Under the pieces are notes generated by a model, which was given only the letters and a program-made list of their open reading frames with translations, ran no database searches and was not told the origin of the DNA. Source: Candidatus Harrisonbacteria bacterium (GTDB taxonomy: Bacteria > Patescibacteriota > Minisyncoccia > UBA6257 > 1-14-0-10-44-23). Taken from it: a stretch of 64,000 nt of DNA. Shown piece by piece: positions 1-9,832 of the stretch. The stretch is from positions 431,771-495,770 of the forward strand of contig JAHFLF010000001.1 in the NCBI GenBank assembly GCA_023255625.1, read 5' to 3'. The position numbers and the translations under genes were made by a program. Each line of letters starts with the position of its first letter. Positions within the stretch are counted from its first letter, which is position 1.

Positions 1-187
1 GGTGTTTCCCTGATGACACTGGCAAAATGGCAGGACAATCCCCGGATGATTCGTTCCATAGCAGTTTTTGCGGGAATTTTCTGGATTTTGTACGACGGTT
101 TTGCCGGGTCTTACGGTGGCGTGCTCGCAGAGTCCATCATCCTTGTTTCTGTTCTAATCAGCTTACTAAGGAAAAAATCTTTGCATG

Positions 188-233
188 TCTAATAACTAAA
201 AACCAGGCTCTCACCGGGTTTTTAGTTATTAGA
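188..233. terminator. 17-bp inverted repeat overlapping the trpS stop codon
   Basis: tctaataactaaaaacc ... ggtttttagttattaga. Confidence 0.55.
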
Positions 234-1224
234 TGAGCCCTACTTTTTCGTAGACCTCTTTGAGTTTGGCTCCGGCTACTTTGTTGGCTTTTTTGTCGCC
301 AGTCGCGAAGGCCTTGAGGATTTTTTTCGGGTCTTCCATCAATTTAGCTTTTTTCTCGCGGATTGGGGCGAGATAGGGAATGAGGGACTCGGCGACCGCG
401 GCTTTGAACTGACCGTAGTTTTTGCCGGCAAATTCTTTTTCTAGTTCCGGGATTGTCTTGCCGGCTTGCCCGCCGTGGCGGGTCGCTGCGCTCAAAATCA
501 TGAGCAAGTTGCTAACGCCAGGTTTGCTTGCCTCATCAAACTTAACCTCGCTGCCGGAGTCGGTTACGGCCGACATGATTTTTTTCTTGATGACCTCCGG
601 TTCGTCGTCTAGGAACAAGCAGCCATTCGGCACAGATTTGCTCATTTTTTTGAGTGGGTCGGCCAGCGACATGACGCGCGGCGTAGCGGTATGGAGCGCT
701 TTTGGCTCAATGAATGTTTCGCCAAATCGGGAGTTGAATTTACGGGCAAGCGTGCGGGCGAGTTCTAAGTGCTGGTCTTGGTCATCGCCAACTGGCACGA
801 ATTCAGCGTCATAGAGAATGATGTCTGCCGTCATGAGCGCCGGATATGTGAAGAGTCCCGCATTGGTTTCCATGCGCGCAGATTTATCTTTATACTGCGT
901 CATTCGTTCAAGTTCTCCCATCGGGCAGATGCTGTTTAAGACCCATGCAAGCTCTGCGTGCGCAGGTACATGAGATTGAATAAATAACGTTGATTTTTTA
1001 GGATCCAATCCGGCTGCAAGATAGTTCGTTGCTATATCAATGATGTGATCAGCGCGTTCGATAGGAGATGCTGACTCTGTAAGTGAGTGGAGATCTGAAA
1101 GGAAAAAATAGCAATTGTACTTTCCTGAATTTTGTAGCTGCACAAAGTTGTGGAGCGCACCAAGATAATTGCCGACATGCAATTTTCCAGAAGGCGTGAT
1201 GCCGGAGAGAACAATAGGTTTCAT
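229..1224 (-). CDS. trpS: tryptophan--tRNA ligase
   Basis: PSGKLHVGNYLG (HIGH-like), VPVGDDQDQH and KMSKS motifs; likely start MKPIVLSG at 1224. Confidence 0.97.
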   Translation of the reverse strand: MKPIVLSGITPSGKLHVGNYLGALHNFVQLQNSGKYNCYFFLSDLHSLTESASPIERADHIIDIATNYLAAGLDPKKSTLFIQSHVPAHAELAWVLNSICPMGELERMTQYKDKSARMETNAGLFTYPALMTADIILYDAEFVPVGDDQDQHLELARTLARKFNSRFGETFIEPKALHTATPRVMSLADPLKKMSKSVPNGCLFLDDEPEVIKKKIMSAVTDSGSEVKFDEASKPGVSNLLMILSAATRHGGQAGKTIPELEKEFAGKNYGQFKAAVAESLIPYLAPIREKKAKLMEDPKKILKAFATGDKKANKVAGAKLKEVYEKVGLI

Positions 1225-1496
1225 AATAGTTAATTGGTTAGTCAGTAAAAGCAAAATGAAAATGCTCTAAGCGTTTCGCCAGAATTTGTATGCAGAGTGG
1301 TATGTTTGCCGGAGAATAATCATGTATGTATTGTAGCGGGGGAGGAGCTTTTTTGCAAAATTATTAAATAAAAAAGTTATCCACCATTGTATTTGAAGTG
1401 GTTTTACTTCATTCTATATAAAGTACCTGGGGATTTTTATTTTTTCTTATTGTTTTTAAAGGTCGAATTATTTAGGGATTTTTTCAAAAGGATTTT

Positions 1497-1598
1497 ATGA
1501 AAAAGAAAAAGGCAAAAAAGACAGCGAAGCGCCGCGTAGTTCGCCATCCGGCAAAGCGGAAGACTACGAAAAAGGCCGCCAAGAAGCGTCGTCGCTAG
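1497..1598 (+). CDS. 33-aa Lys/Arg-rich basic peptide (histone-H1-tail-like)
   Basis: ATG at 1497 to TAG at 1598 reads MKKKKAKKTAKRRVVRHPAKRKTTKKAAKKRRR; AT-rich leader upstream and strong hairpin downstream. Confidence 0.65.
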   Translation: MKKKKAKKTAKRRVVRHPAKRKTTKKAAKKRRR

Positions 1599-1609
1599 TT
1601 TCATGATAA

Positions 1610-1670
1610 CAACAAAAAACCCGCAGTTTACGCCGTAAATCTTCAGGCGTAAACTGCGGGTTTTTTGTTG
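1610..1670. terminator. bidirectional intrinsic terminator
   Basis: caacaaaaaacccgcagtttacgcc ... ggcgtaaactgcgggttttttgttg, between convergent genes. Confidence 0.8.
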
Positions 1671-1749
1671 CTCGGAGCTATACTTCAATTATCACCGGAA
1701 GTATCACCCCAGTAGTAGAACCTGCTGGTTCACTACGGGGCAGGTCGGC

Positions 1750-3954
1750 CTACACCTCTATAATTACCGGAAGTATCATTGGCCTTCTCAAGGTTTTATT
1801 ATATAAGAATAACCCGAGCTGGTCGCGGATGATGCCTTTGATGTAATCACTCTCGGCTTCTTGGCGAACTTTGCTTTGATTGACCTGATTCACCAGATTT
1901 TTAACCTTCATGCGCAACTCGCTCATGAGCGCGCCCTGGTCTTTCAAATAAATAAATCCACGGCTAATTATGTCCGGATTTTTAGCCAGTTTGCCGGTCT
2001 GGCGGACTATCGTGGCGATCACGACAATCATGCCCTCCTGCGCCAATAATTTTCGATCACGCAGTACCACCGCCTCGACATCACCAACGCCAAGACCGTC
2101 AACCATAACATAGGTGGCGTCAACATGCTGGTCGGTGACTACAGCGGTATGTTCAGTGAGCTCAAGCACCTGGCCGTTGTCCGGCAGAATAATTTTTTCC
2201 TGCGGGATGCCAACTGTTTTCATGTTGCGAATATTGTAGGCGCGCTGGAAGATGTAGCCGTGAATTGGCACAATAAACTTTGGCTTGCACATCTTGGCAA
2301 CCAGGGCGAGGTCTGGGCCGGGCGCATGACCGGAGGAGTGAATGTCTAGGTCATCGTTGGTAATCACGATCGCGCCCTGGCGGGCCAGGTTGTCTTTGAC
2401 CGCCTGCACCGATCGCTCGTTGCCTGGAATTACTGATGAACTAAAAATAGCCGTGTCGCCGGGTTTAATCTTGACATGCTTATGTTCGCCGTTAATTATC
2501 CTCATCAGCCCGGCATTCTCCTGTCCTTGCGCGCCGGTAGTGATAATCAGCAGCTTGTTGTCGGCATATTTGTGTACCTCTTCAACGGCGACTAGCGAGC
2601 CATTTTTGTAAGAGAGATAGCCAAGCTGACGCGCGATTTCCAGGTTGTCTTTCATTGAGCGGCCGTTAATAGCAACATAGCGGCCGAGCTTTTCGGCAAT
2701 CTTGATGACTTCGGCGAGCCGTTCGATCATTGAGGCAAAAGTCGACAGAATTATGCGGCCTTCGGCCTCAACAAATAATTGCTCAAGGTGTTCAATAACA
2801 ATTTCTTCGCTGACTGTGTGGCCATCCTCGTGTGCGTTGGTTGAGTCAATGAGTAAGGAGTGCACACCAAGACCGCCAAGCCACTCAAATTCTTTGGTGT
2901 TAAATAGATTATCGTGTTTATCGTACTCCAAGCGGAAGTCGGCAAAGTGCACCATTTTACCGGCCGGAGTTTCCAGCATTACTCCGGTGGTATCCGGAAC
3001 AGTATGGGCGACACCGAAAAATTCTGCTGTAAAGTGTTCGCTGATTTTCACGCGGGCGTGATTTTTGATTAGTTCAAAGCGCAGCTTTGGGGCGTTCGGC
3101 ATTTCATCGAGCCGTTTTTTTACTAATTCGCGGATTAAGGCCGTGCCGTAAATAACCGGATTACCCAGTTTTTCCAAAACATAGGGGATTGCGCCGAAGT
3201 GGTCGTAGTGGGCGTGGGTAATGATGATGCCCTTGATGTTTTTTCTCTTTTTTTCCAGATAGCTGATGTTGGGGATGATCCAGTCAACGCCCGGGGTGTC
3301 TTCTTCTGGGAACTGGATGCCCATGTCAATAATGACAATCTCGTCGTTGTACTCAAAGAACGAGCAGTTGCGGCCGACCTCCTCCAGCCCACCGAGTGGG
3401 ATCCAGTAGAGAGTGTCGCGTTTGAGCGAAATGGCACCGGTGTCGCCGGTAAGCACTCCTTCTTTTTTGATGAATTTTCGTTCCGAAAACATAGAGATCA
3501 TTTGCTGGCGGGGCATTCGTCCGCCTCGTTGCCTGATCGGCCGGTTAGAAAGTTCGTGCGGAGTAGCACCGCCCTGGTCAATCATCGGACGCTGCTCTCT
3601 GTCATGTGCTCTGGATGTGTCATGTCGCGCAATTTCTCGTCCCGCTAGAACTCGTCCACCATCAATATGTACAGTGCGGGTTGGTGCAATTTTAAAGACA
3701 CCAGTTTTAATTTCACCGGAATTTGTAGCTGATTTTGGCGGTTGGCCATTTTCTTGTTTTAGCCCCGACTCGATTGAATTCGGCAGAAGGCCGCCGCGAT
3801 TAGTTATAGAGTGGGGAAGCGGCGTAGCATGTTTCTCTGGGCTGCGTGGCGGCAAACTTGGGCGAGATTGATAATAGCCGCGTCGCGGACGGGATCCGCG
3901 GTTGCCGCCGGAGGAGCTGCTACGCCCGGCTGGTTTGTTGTTGATAGGAGTCAT
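1750..3954 (-). CDS. rnj: ribonuclease J with a long disordered N-terminal extension
   Basis: PLGGLEEVGRN, THAHYDHFG, HSSGHA, PIHG and C-terminal RRPMILPVIIEV. Confidence 0.95.
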   Translation of the reverse strand: MTPINNKPAGRSSSSGGNRGSRPRRGYYQSRPSLPPRSPEKHATPLPHSITNRGGLLPNSIESGLKQENGQPPKSATNSGEIKTGVFKIAPTRTVHIDGGRVLAGREIARHDTSRAHDREQRPMIDQGGATPHELSNRPIRQRGGRMPRQQMISMFSERKFIKKEGVLTGDTGAISLKRDTLYWIPLGGLEEVGRNCSFFEYNDEIVIIDMGIQFPEEDTPGVDWIIPNISYLEKKRKNIKGIIITHAHYDHFGAIPYVLEKLGNPVIYGTALIRELVKKRLDEMPNAPKLRFELIKNHARVKISEHFTAEFFGVAHTVPDTTGVMLETPAGKMVHFADFRLEYDKHDNLFNTKEFEWLGGLGVHSLLIDSTNAHEDGHTVSEEIVIEHLEQLFVEAEGRIILSTFASMIERLAEVIKIAEKLGRYVAINGRSMKDNLEIARQLGYLSYKNGSLVAVEEVHKYADNKLLIITTGAQGQENAGLMRIINGEHKHVKIKPGDTAIFSSSVIPGNERSVQAVKDNLARQGAIVITNDDLDIHSSGHAPGPDLALVAKMCKPKFIVPIHGYIFQRAYNIRNMKTVGIPQEKIILPDNGQVLELTEHTAVVTDQHVDATYVMVDGLGVGDVEAVVLRDRKLLAQEGMIVVIATIVRQTGKLAKNPDIISRGFIYLKDQGALMSELRMKVKNLVNQVNQSKVRQEAESDYIKGIIRDQLGLFLYNKTLRRPMILPVIIEV

Positions 3955-4070
3955 TAATTTGTTAATTTTTAATTACAATTTATTTTTTAAAAAATAAAAG
4001 ATTGTTAGGAATAATTATTTACATTTATTAACTTTGTGCCCAGGGAGGGGGCTGAATCATTTTTTAAATC

Positions 4071-5564
4071 CTAGTCAAACGTGAAAGAGTTCAGGATCCG
4101 ATAAAGAATTGCATTCTCTAACGACTCATTAGCAGGATTGGCTTTTATGTAGAAATCTACAACTCCCCCTTTAGGATTTTCAAGAGCGGCTCTTACGCCC
4201 AACAGGTCATACGCTGCAGACGTTATCCTTAAAGCATTGTAACCGTTGATCTTAGAAATTTCTGAGTGACCAGAAATGAGCGCAGATGTTGAATAGCCAG
4301 ACCAGGCATCTTTTTCGGGATAGATGCTTATTTTAAGCGTCAATCTTTTATCGACTGCATTCCCGTATTCTACATATGCCGTCGGCACAAACTGAAATCG
4401 GCCATTGGTACTTGGGTAGTCAGTGGCGTTGTCGCGAACATTAGTAACTTCATTGAGTAGCGTCCAAGTCCCATCCCAGCGCGGACACGCAAAACTGAAA
4501 TGATACTTTTCACTGGCGCAACCCTTCCAACTCCAATTTCCATCGTCAACTATGAGAGGTTTAGAAGTAATCTTGAAAGTCGAAAGGACTTTTAAGAGCA
4601 TTTGTTCGTCCATCGCACTAAACTCGAATACCTGGGTTTCATCAATACGTTGTTCTAGCTGATAGTTAAATTGGGGTTTAATTTTGCCTTGATTGCTTAG
4701 AAAATCTGCTTTCAGCCAAGCGACTCCATTAATCATTACACGCGTTCTGCTATAATCGCCGCGACCACTATAGATAGAGAAGGTGCCAAACGTCAGGTCG
4801 AAATTAAGATGAGGAGTCTCTTGAATACAATATGATGGACTAGGATTTCCGTTAGGATCTTTACCATTCGCGCAATTTTTTACAATCTGTTCGTACTCCG
4901 TCTCGTGTTCAGGAGTTCGGAAGCCACCATGACTGTAATTAGTAAGGTTGTTTGGTATTTGGAACTCAACACCAAGGTCTTTGTCCTGGTACAGCTTCCA
5001 GTCAGTCTTATCAAAATCAGGGACAGTTATCGGAGGTTTAGCAGTTATTTTGAAAGTTGAAAGCACTTGTTGAAGTAACTGCTCGTCAGAAGAAGAAAAA
5101 TTAATGCTCGGATATTCATGATCACGAACGACTAGCTGATAGTTTATCCAAATCGGTGCGGATCCGCTTCTGTAGACCGACCAGGTAATTCCGTTAATTA
5201 TTACACGATCATCTCTGTCGCTGAAACTAGAACCAGCATAAAAGTCTATTGATATATTTTTATCACTCGGCGCGCGAAACCGGCCAGGAGACTCTTCCGT
5301 AAAATTATTTGGAATTTGAAATTGAACTCCAAGACTCTGGTCTTGATATAGTTTCCAGTTAGTTTTATCAAAAGTAGGGGCAGTTACTGTTTCGGCGGGT
5401 GCAGCAGGGGCTTCGGGCTTAAGAACTTGATTGCTAGGGGCGGTAGCTTTTTGCTCTAAGGCAATGGTTGGTCTATTTTGCCGATAGAGAGCGGTGCCAG
5501 CGACCAAAATCACAACAACGACGATAGATGCAATAATTTGTTTACTATTTTGTATTTTTCTCAT
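4071..5564 (-). CDS. membrane-anchored secreted protein with tandem repeated (PsbP-like) modules
   Basis: N-terminal TM; repeats FDKTNWKLYQD..LGVQFQIPNN / FDKTDWKLYQD..LGVEFQIPNN and DEQ..L..VLSTFKIT.KP. Confidence 0.7.
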   Translation of the reverse strand: MRKIQNSKQIIASIVVVVILVAGTALYRQNRPTIALEQKATAPSNQVLKPEAPAAPAETVTAPTFDKTNWKLYQDQSLGVQFQIPNNFTEESPGRFRAPSDKNISIDFYAGSSFSDRDDRVIINGITWSVYRSGSAPIWINYQLVVRDHEYPSINFSSSDEQLLQQVLSTFKITAKPPITVPDFDKTDWKLYQDKDLGVEFQIPNNLTNYSHGGFRTPEHETEYEQIVKNCANGKDPNGNPSPSYCIQETPHLNFDLTFGTFSIYSGRGDYSRTRVMINGVAWLKADFLSNQGKIKPQFNYQLEQRIDETQVFEFSAMDEQMLLKVLSTFKITSKPLIVDDGNWSWKGCASEKYHFSFACPRWDGTWTLLNEVTNVRDNATDYPSTNGRFQFVPTAYVEYGNAVDKRLTLKISIYPEKDAWSGYSTSALISGHSEISKINGYNALRITSAAYDLLGVRAALENPKGGVVDFYIKANPANESLENAILYRILNSFTFD

Positions 5565-5643
5565 AATTTTTTCCGCGTGTTTTACAAGTGAATCTGCCCT
5601 TTTGCAAATGTATTCTGTTTTCCGATTATGTTAATAAATTATC

Positions 5644-5727
5644 TGGTGGGGATGAAGGGAGTCGAACCCTTATGAGTTGCCTCGTACGCACCTGAAGCGT
5701 ATGCGTCTGCCATTCCGCCACATCCCC
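5644..5727 (-). tRNA. tRNA-Leu(CAG)
   Basis: reverse complement GGGGATGTGGCGGAATGGCAGACGC..TT CAG GT..long variable arm..GGTTCGACTCCC..CCA. Confidence 0.95.
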
Positions 5728-5753
5728 ATTGATTTATTAGACTAGCGTTTTTT

Positions 5754-5866
5754 GTCATCCCGAAGCCGAGGGGTCTCATCCTGGATTCCGGATTTGCCGC
5801 CGGAATGACAGAGGGGAAGATGAGATGCTTCGGCTTGGACTCAGATCCCTCGGCTTCGGGATGACA
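5754..5866. repeat. RPE/REP-like composite palindrome (GTCATCCC...GGGATGAC type)
   Basis: tgtcatcccgaagccgaggg ... ccctcggcttcgggatgaca enclosing ttccgg..ccggaatgac. Confidence 0.7.
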
Positions 5867-5882
5867 GACAAGATGGTATTGA

Positions 5883-7190
5883 TTACAATTTCTTTTTTCC
5901 CGCTAATTTTTTGATTTTATTCACAACTTCCAGTCCGAGCGGATTCATCTTTCGGTTGACGGCAACATAGTACCCGATCCACTGTGCTATCACAATTCCA
6001 TTTGCGGTTACCTCGAGCGGTGTCCGCCCGGGTACCCGTATAGTTTCCGATGGGATGCCGTACTCGTCAAGTGTCTGTGCCGTCAGATCAAATTCTTTTT
6101 TTCGATTTTTATATTCTTGTTCGCTGGTAATAAAAATTGCATATAGATTTTTCGGCCGGGCTTCTAGCAGATTTAGTTCGTTGTGATTTACCTCCGGGAT
6201 CGTATTGGCAAAGGCCAACGATTTGCCGCTTTCGGTAATGCTGATTTTAAAAATCTGGCCGAGGTGGCTGAAATTATGAGTTGTATATATTAAAGCAATT
6301 TTTCCAGCTTGTCGGGCAGAGCTCTGGCGAAGTCCGAATATCCGCGCGGCTGTCTTTTTGGCGCTTGTCGCAAACCTTCGTGAGTTAATCTGCGCGGATA
6401 AGTCCGGTATATGTAGGCGGGGGAAAACGGATTGGAGAATCTGCAGTGTTGCGTAGAGCGTAAGCCCATATGCTTGTCTGGGCTGAAGAGATCCTATGTT
6501 GATATTTTCCACATCCCGCGTTCTCGCCTCATCTGTCCCAGATGCTAGGCCTGCCGAGGAAATTGAAGACTCGCTCTTCATTTCCGAGGCGTAACGACGC
6601 AGATGGGCAGATGAGGCAGAACCCGAAGGGACAGGTCTAGTTTCGCCGATTACTTTGTCGCTTCCGTCACGCTGTGCCGCAGCGGGCACTATCGTGTCGT
6701 CGCTTCGCGTACTCGGCGAAACTGGTTGCTGTCGCGGGGTGGGAGAAATATCAACATAGGATCCACTGTCTGCACTAAAGGTTGCGTGCGGCAGCTGTTT
6801 CGCTTTGGCTTCTTCTAAGAGTGTTCCGCCACCAGCAACAACCGCGATCATTTTTCCCGATTTGACTGCTTTTTGAAAAGCAGCAAGCGGTTCGCGAGTG
6901 TTGCCGGAGAAAGAAATAAATATGTATAGGGGATTTTTGCCCGGGACTACGGGAAGCACGCTATCGTGCCAGGAAAAAATCGGTATGTTTACTATAGCAC
7001 ATGACAGGATATTTTGCAAGATGGCCCCCGGTGTGCCAGAGCCGCCCATGCCAATAAACACGATAGAATCTGGCTTTTTGGCATGTATTTGCTTTTGGAG
7101 TTTATCCAAATTAGCCGTTCGGATGTTGTCGGGCTTAAGTTGTTTTGGAAATTCCAAAATATGCTTTCGAAATATTTCACTATCCCTCAT
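5883..7190 (-). CDS. bifunctional phosphoglucose/phosphomannose isomerase (SIS) with a 90-aa in-frame insertion
   Basis: GMGGSG, SFSGNTRE, QPR, PEVNHNE motifs; low-complexity insert between ATFSADS and GSLQPR. Confidence 0.88.
   Translation of the reverse strand: MRDSEIFRKHILEFPKQLKPDNIRTANLDKLQKQIHAKKPDSIVFIGMGGSGTPGAILQNILSCAIVNIPIFSWHDSVLPVVPGKNPLYIFISFSGNTREPLAAFQKAVKSGKMIAVVAGGGTLLEEAKAKQLPHATFSADSGSYVDISPTPRQQPVSPSTRSDDTIVPAAAQRDGSDKVIGETRPVPSGSASSAHLRRYASEMKSESSISSAGLASGTDEARTRDVENINIGSLQPRQAYGLTLYATLQILQSVFPRLHIPDLSAQINSRRFATSAKKTAARIFGLRQSSARQAGKIALIYTTHNFSHLGQIFKISITESGKSLAFANTIPEVNHNELNLLEARPKNLYAIFITSEQEYKNRKKEFDLTAQTLDEYGIPSETIRVPGRTPLEVTANGIVIAQWIGYYVAVNRKMNPLGLEVVNKIKKLAGKKKL
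6490..6763. mobile_element. in-frame palindromic insertion inside pgi/pmi
   Basis: 18-bp terminal inverted repeat gatcctatgttgatattt / aaatatcaacataggatc, several internal stems, GGATC repeated 270 nt apart. Confidence 0.8.
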
Positions 7191-7196
7191 AGAGGA

Positions 7197-8876
7197 TTAT
7201 GGCTCTGTGCTGGTTTCATTTTTGAACACCCGGGCGGTTTCCAGATACCATTCATAGATATTCGAAAGCCGATCGGCGGGCGAGCTGATGAGCGGCTGGT
7301 CGAAGCCACCCAGACCGGTCGGCGCGGCATATAAATAGAGAGGCGAATAAAGGAAGACAGCGGGTTTATCGGTGTAAATCTGGGTTTGAATTTTTGCCAG
7401 CGCCTCGGTGCGCGTAGCATTGTCGAAGGTGGTGCGCGCAGTTTCAATCAGTTTATCTACAGATTTATTTTCGTAGAGCGCTAAATTCAGTCCCGGCTGA
7501 AAGCGCTGGCTGGAGTGCCAGAAAGAAAATAGGTCGCTGTCTGCCCGCAAAATGTTGCCGAAGAGCAGCATCTGGTAGGTGCGCGGCTTGATCGCCTCGG
7601 TCTCTATATTTTCTACCGGAACAGTTTTTATGGTGATTTTTACTCCGATTTGTTGCAACTGGTTTTTAATCAGATCTGCAGTTTTGGTTAGGAAGGGGAG
7701 ATCCGGAGTTGTCAGTTCGAAGTCTAACCGCTGTGCCGTTTTACCAACCGTGCGCGTTTGCACGCCGTCCGGGCCGATTTTCCATCCCTGTTTTACAAGT
7801 AGTGCTCGCGACTCCTCGACTGATATGTGTTCGGTTGCATAAGTTGAACTGCTGTATTGAGGAAGGTTCGGAGAGATTGGGCCGCGAGCTATCGTGGCAT
7901 GATTTTCAAAAATTTCTTCAATCATTTTATCTTTATCGATTGCCAAGGTCAGCGCCTCGCGAACAGAGCGGTCTTTGAGGGCAATATTAACCGATGGGTT
8001 AAAGAATAAAGCATAATATTGAGGCAAAGCTAGCTCGCGCAAAGCATAATTTATTTTTATCTCCGGGAGTTGCTCCTGGCTGATGCCGCCCAGGCCATCA
8101 ATTTGTTTATGATTGAAGGCGATAACCGCATCCTGATAAGTCGGGAAAAAAGCAAAGTTAAATTTCTCAATGAGCGTGCGCGAACCAGGATAGTTATTAT
8201 TTGCTTTTAGATTGTAGCTCGTGATAAAGCCGTCTTTGCGTTTTTCGTATCGGTCAAATTCATAAGGGCCGCTTGTTACGGGCTCCAGGTTGTAATTTGA
8301 AAGACGGATATTCGAGATAGGTAGATTTTCAAATATATGCGCCGGTGCGATGCGCAAATCGCGCAGCGCGTCCAGGAAATAACTGTACGGGGCCTTGAGC
8401 GTAAAGCGAACTTGCAGTTGGCTGACTCGTTCAACAGTTACGCCCTGCCAGTTACTAAAGAGCGGACTGCCGGCGTCGGGGTGCTGGATTGTTTGTACGG
8501 TAAAGACGACATCATCGCTGGTAATCGGTTTTTCGTCCGACCAAACCATATCCTCTTTGAGCGTTAGCAACCAAACTTTTCCGGTGGAATTTGTCTCGTA
8601 GCGTGCGGTAAGTGTGAGCAGATCTGCGAAGACGGCGGTAACCAGGTCCCGATCAGTTGAAGAGCTGCCGATCAGCATCGGATTAATCGCTGTTGGCTGG
8701 CCGATGATTCCCTCGGTGTATTCTCCGCCGGGCGCAGGGGCGATTGTTGTATTTTTGATGAATAAATTCCAGCCGGTCAGTGCACCGGAGAAGATTGCTA
8801 TGAAGGTACAACCATAGAGGATGTTTCTTTCTACGGTTGTAAGATTTTTGAAAAGCCGGATAAGGTAATTAATCAT
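7197..8876 (-). CDS. ABC transporter substrate-binding protein, family 5 (OppA/DppA-like)
   Basis: WSDEKPITSDDVVFT, PVTSGPYEF, VREALTLAIDK motifs; N-terminal TM anchor. Confidence 0.9.
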   Translation of the reverse strand: MINYLIRLFKNLTTVERNILYGCTFIAIFSGALTGWNLFIKNTTIAPAPGGEYTEGIIGQPTAINPMLIGSSSTDRDLVTAVFADLLTLTARYETNSTGKVWLLTLKEDMVWSDEKPITSDDVVFTVQTIQHPDAGSPLFSNWQGVTVERVSQLQVRFTLKAPYSYFLDALRDLRIAPAHIFENLPISNIRLSNYNLEPVTSGPYEFDRYEKRKDGFITSYNLKANNNYPGSRTLIEKFNFAFFPTYQDAVIAFNHKQIDGLGGISQEQLPEIKINYALRELALPQYYALFFNPSVNIALKDRSVREALTLAIDKDKMIEEIFENHATIARGPISPNLPQYSSSTYATEHISVEESRALLVKQGWKIGPDGVQTRTVGKTAQRLDFELTTPDLPFLTKTADLIKNQLQQIGVKITIKTVPVENIETEAIKPRTYQMLLFGNILRADSDLFSFWHSSQRFQPGLNLALYENKSVDKLIETARTTFDNATRTEALAKIQTQIYTDKPAVFLYSPLYLYAAPTGLGGFDQPLISSPADRLSNIYEWYLETARVFKNETSTEP

Positions 8877-8942
8877 AGCAAATTACAAAATGGCAGAGAG
8901 CAAATAGCCAAATTGATTCTACCATTTGCTATAGCCCGTTGG

Positions 8943-9275
8943 CTATCTTGTTGGCGTGATGGTGATTGGCGCACTGCTTGATGCGTCTAGAGAGAGGAAC
9001 GGAGAGGTCGAGGATGCTGCCGCGGGGATAGTTGAAATGGGCGTCTCATGATAAAAGAGGGAAACCAGCGCCAGGGAGGCAAAGATAATTACAAGCACGA
9101 CTGTCGCACCGAAGAAAAAACTTTCCATACCTCGCCGTTGCTGATAAAATCCGCCGCCACCGCCGGAACCACCGCCCATAAATCCGGATAAATCGCTGTC
9201 GCGCTGTTGGAGTAGGATTAGAGTAATTAAAGCTACGGAGACTATAATTTGGATGATAATAATTGTTTGTTGCAT
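8943..9275 (-). CDS. secG: preprotein translocase subunit SecG
   Basis: two TMs with ILLQQ, Gly-rich loop and RRGME. Confidence 0.9.
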   Translation of the reverse strand: MQQTIIIIQIIVSVALITLILLQQRDSDLSGFMGGGSGGGGGFYQQRRGMESFFFGATVVLVIIFASLALVSLFYHETPISTIPAAASSTSPFLSLDASSSAPITITPTR

Positions 9276-9299
9276 ATTTTCGGTTTGCCGATTTACAAT

Positions 9300-9656
9300 T
9301 TAAGATTTTTTGCGGTGAATCAGGTGGATAATGATGTTTACGGCAGTAATGATCAGGGTTCCGTAGATTAGGGCCGGCAATCCGCTTATATTAAGGTTTT
9401 GTGAGTAAATGTCAACGACATAGAGGAAGCCGCCGGTAATTATGATATTAAAGAGTCCCAGGGTCAGGATGATGAGCGGGCCCAGGAAAAAACGCAGGAC
9501 GGGCTTGATGATAACATTCAGCCCGGTGAAAACGGCGACCAGAGCCGCGGCGGCCTGTAGATTACTTAAATCTAAATTGAAACCGGCGACTAGATAGCCG
9601 GAAGCGACCAGGGCGAGCGCATTGCCGATAAGCGACCAGATGATATTTGCGAGCAT
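9300..9656 (-). CDS. 4-TM phage-holin-family (YvlD-like) membrane protein
   Basis: NVIIKPVLRFFLGPLIILTLGLF signature. Confidence 0.8.
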   Translation of the reverse strand: MLANIIWSLIGNALALVASGYLVAGFNLDLSNLQAAAALVAVFTGLNVIIKPVLRFFLGPLIILTLGLFNIIITGGFLYVVDIYSQNLNISGLPALIYGTLIITAVNIIIHLIHRKKS

Positions 9657-9686
9657 CTTTTAATGATAAACGAAAAGCAGGAAACA

Positions 9687-9766
9687 GTAAAACTTGCGAC
9701 AATTCGGATTTTTGGCCGGGCTCACCCTGCGGGATGGCCAAAAATCCGAATTGTCGCAAGTTTTAC
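9687..9766 (+). repeat. variable-arm palindrome, family B (GGGCTCA loop), copy 1
   Basis: 31-bp perfect arms around GGGCTCA-CCC-TGC-GGG-AT. Confidence 0.85.
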
Positions 9767-9832
9767 ATTGAGTCATTAGTTAGCCGGCGATTAGCATTTA
9801 CTTAAATATCTCATATATGATATACTTTAAGA

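Noticed and set aside
1-59. Possible gene start MERIIRGLSCHF on the minus strand at the window edge
   Set aside because: Too little sequence is visible to support a call.
6490-6763. Intein or group I/II intron in pgi/pmi
   Set aside because: No intein terminal residues and no recognisable group I core or group II domain V. It is kept as an unclassified palindromic insertion.
9300-9656. Prophage (holin)
   Set aside because: This 4-TM family is commonly chromosomal, and no phage genes are nearby.
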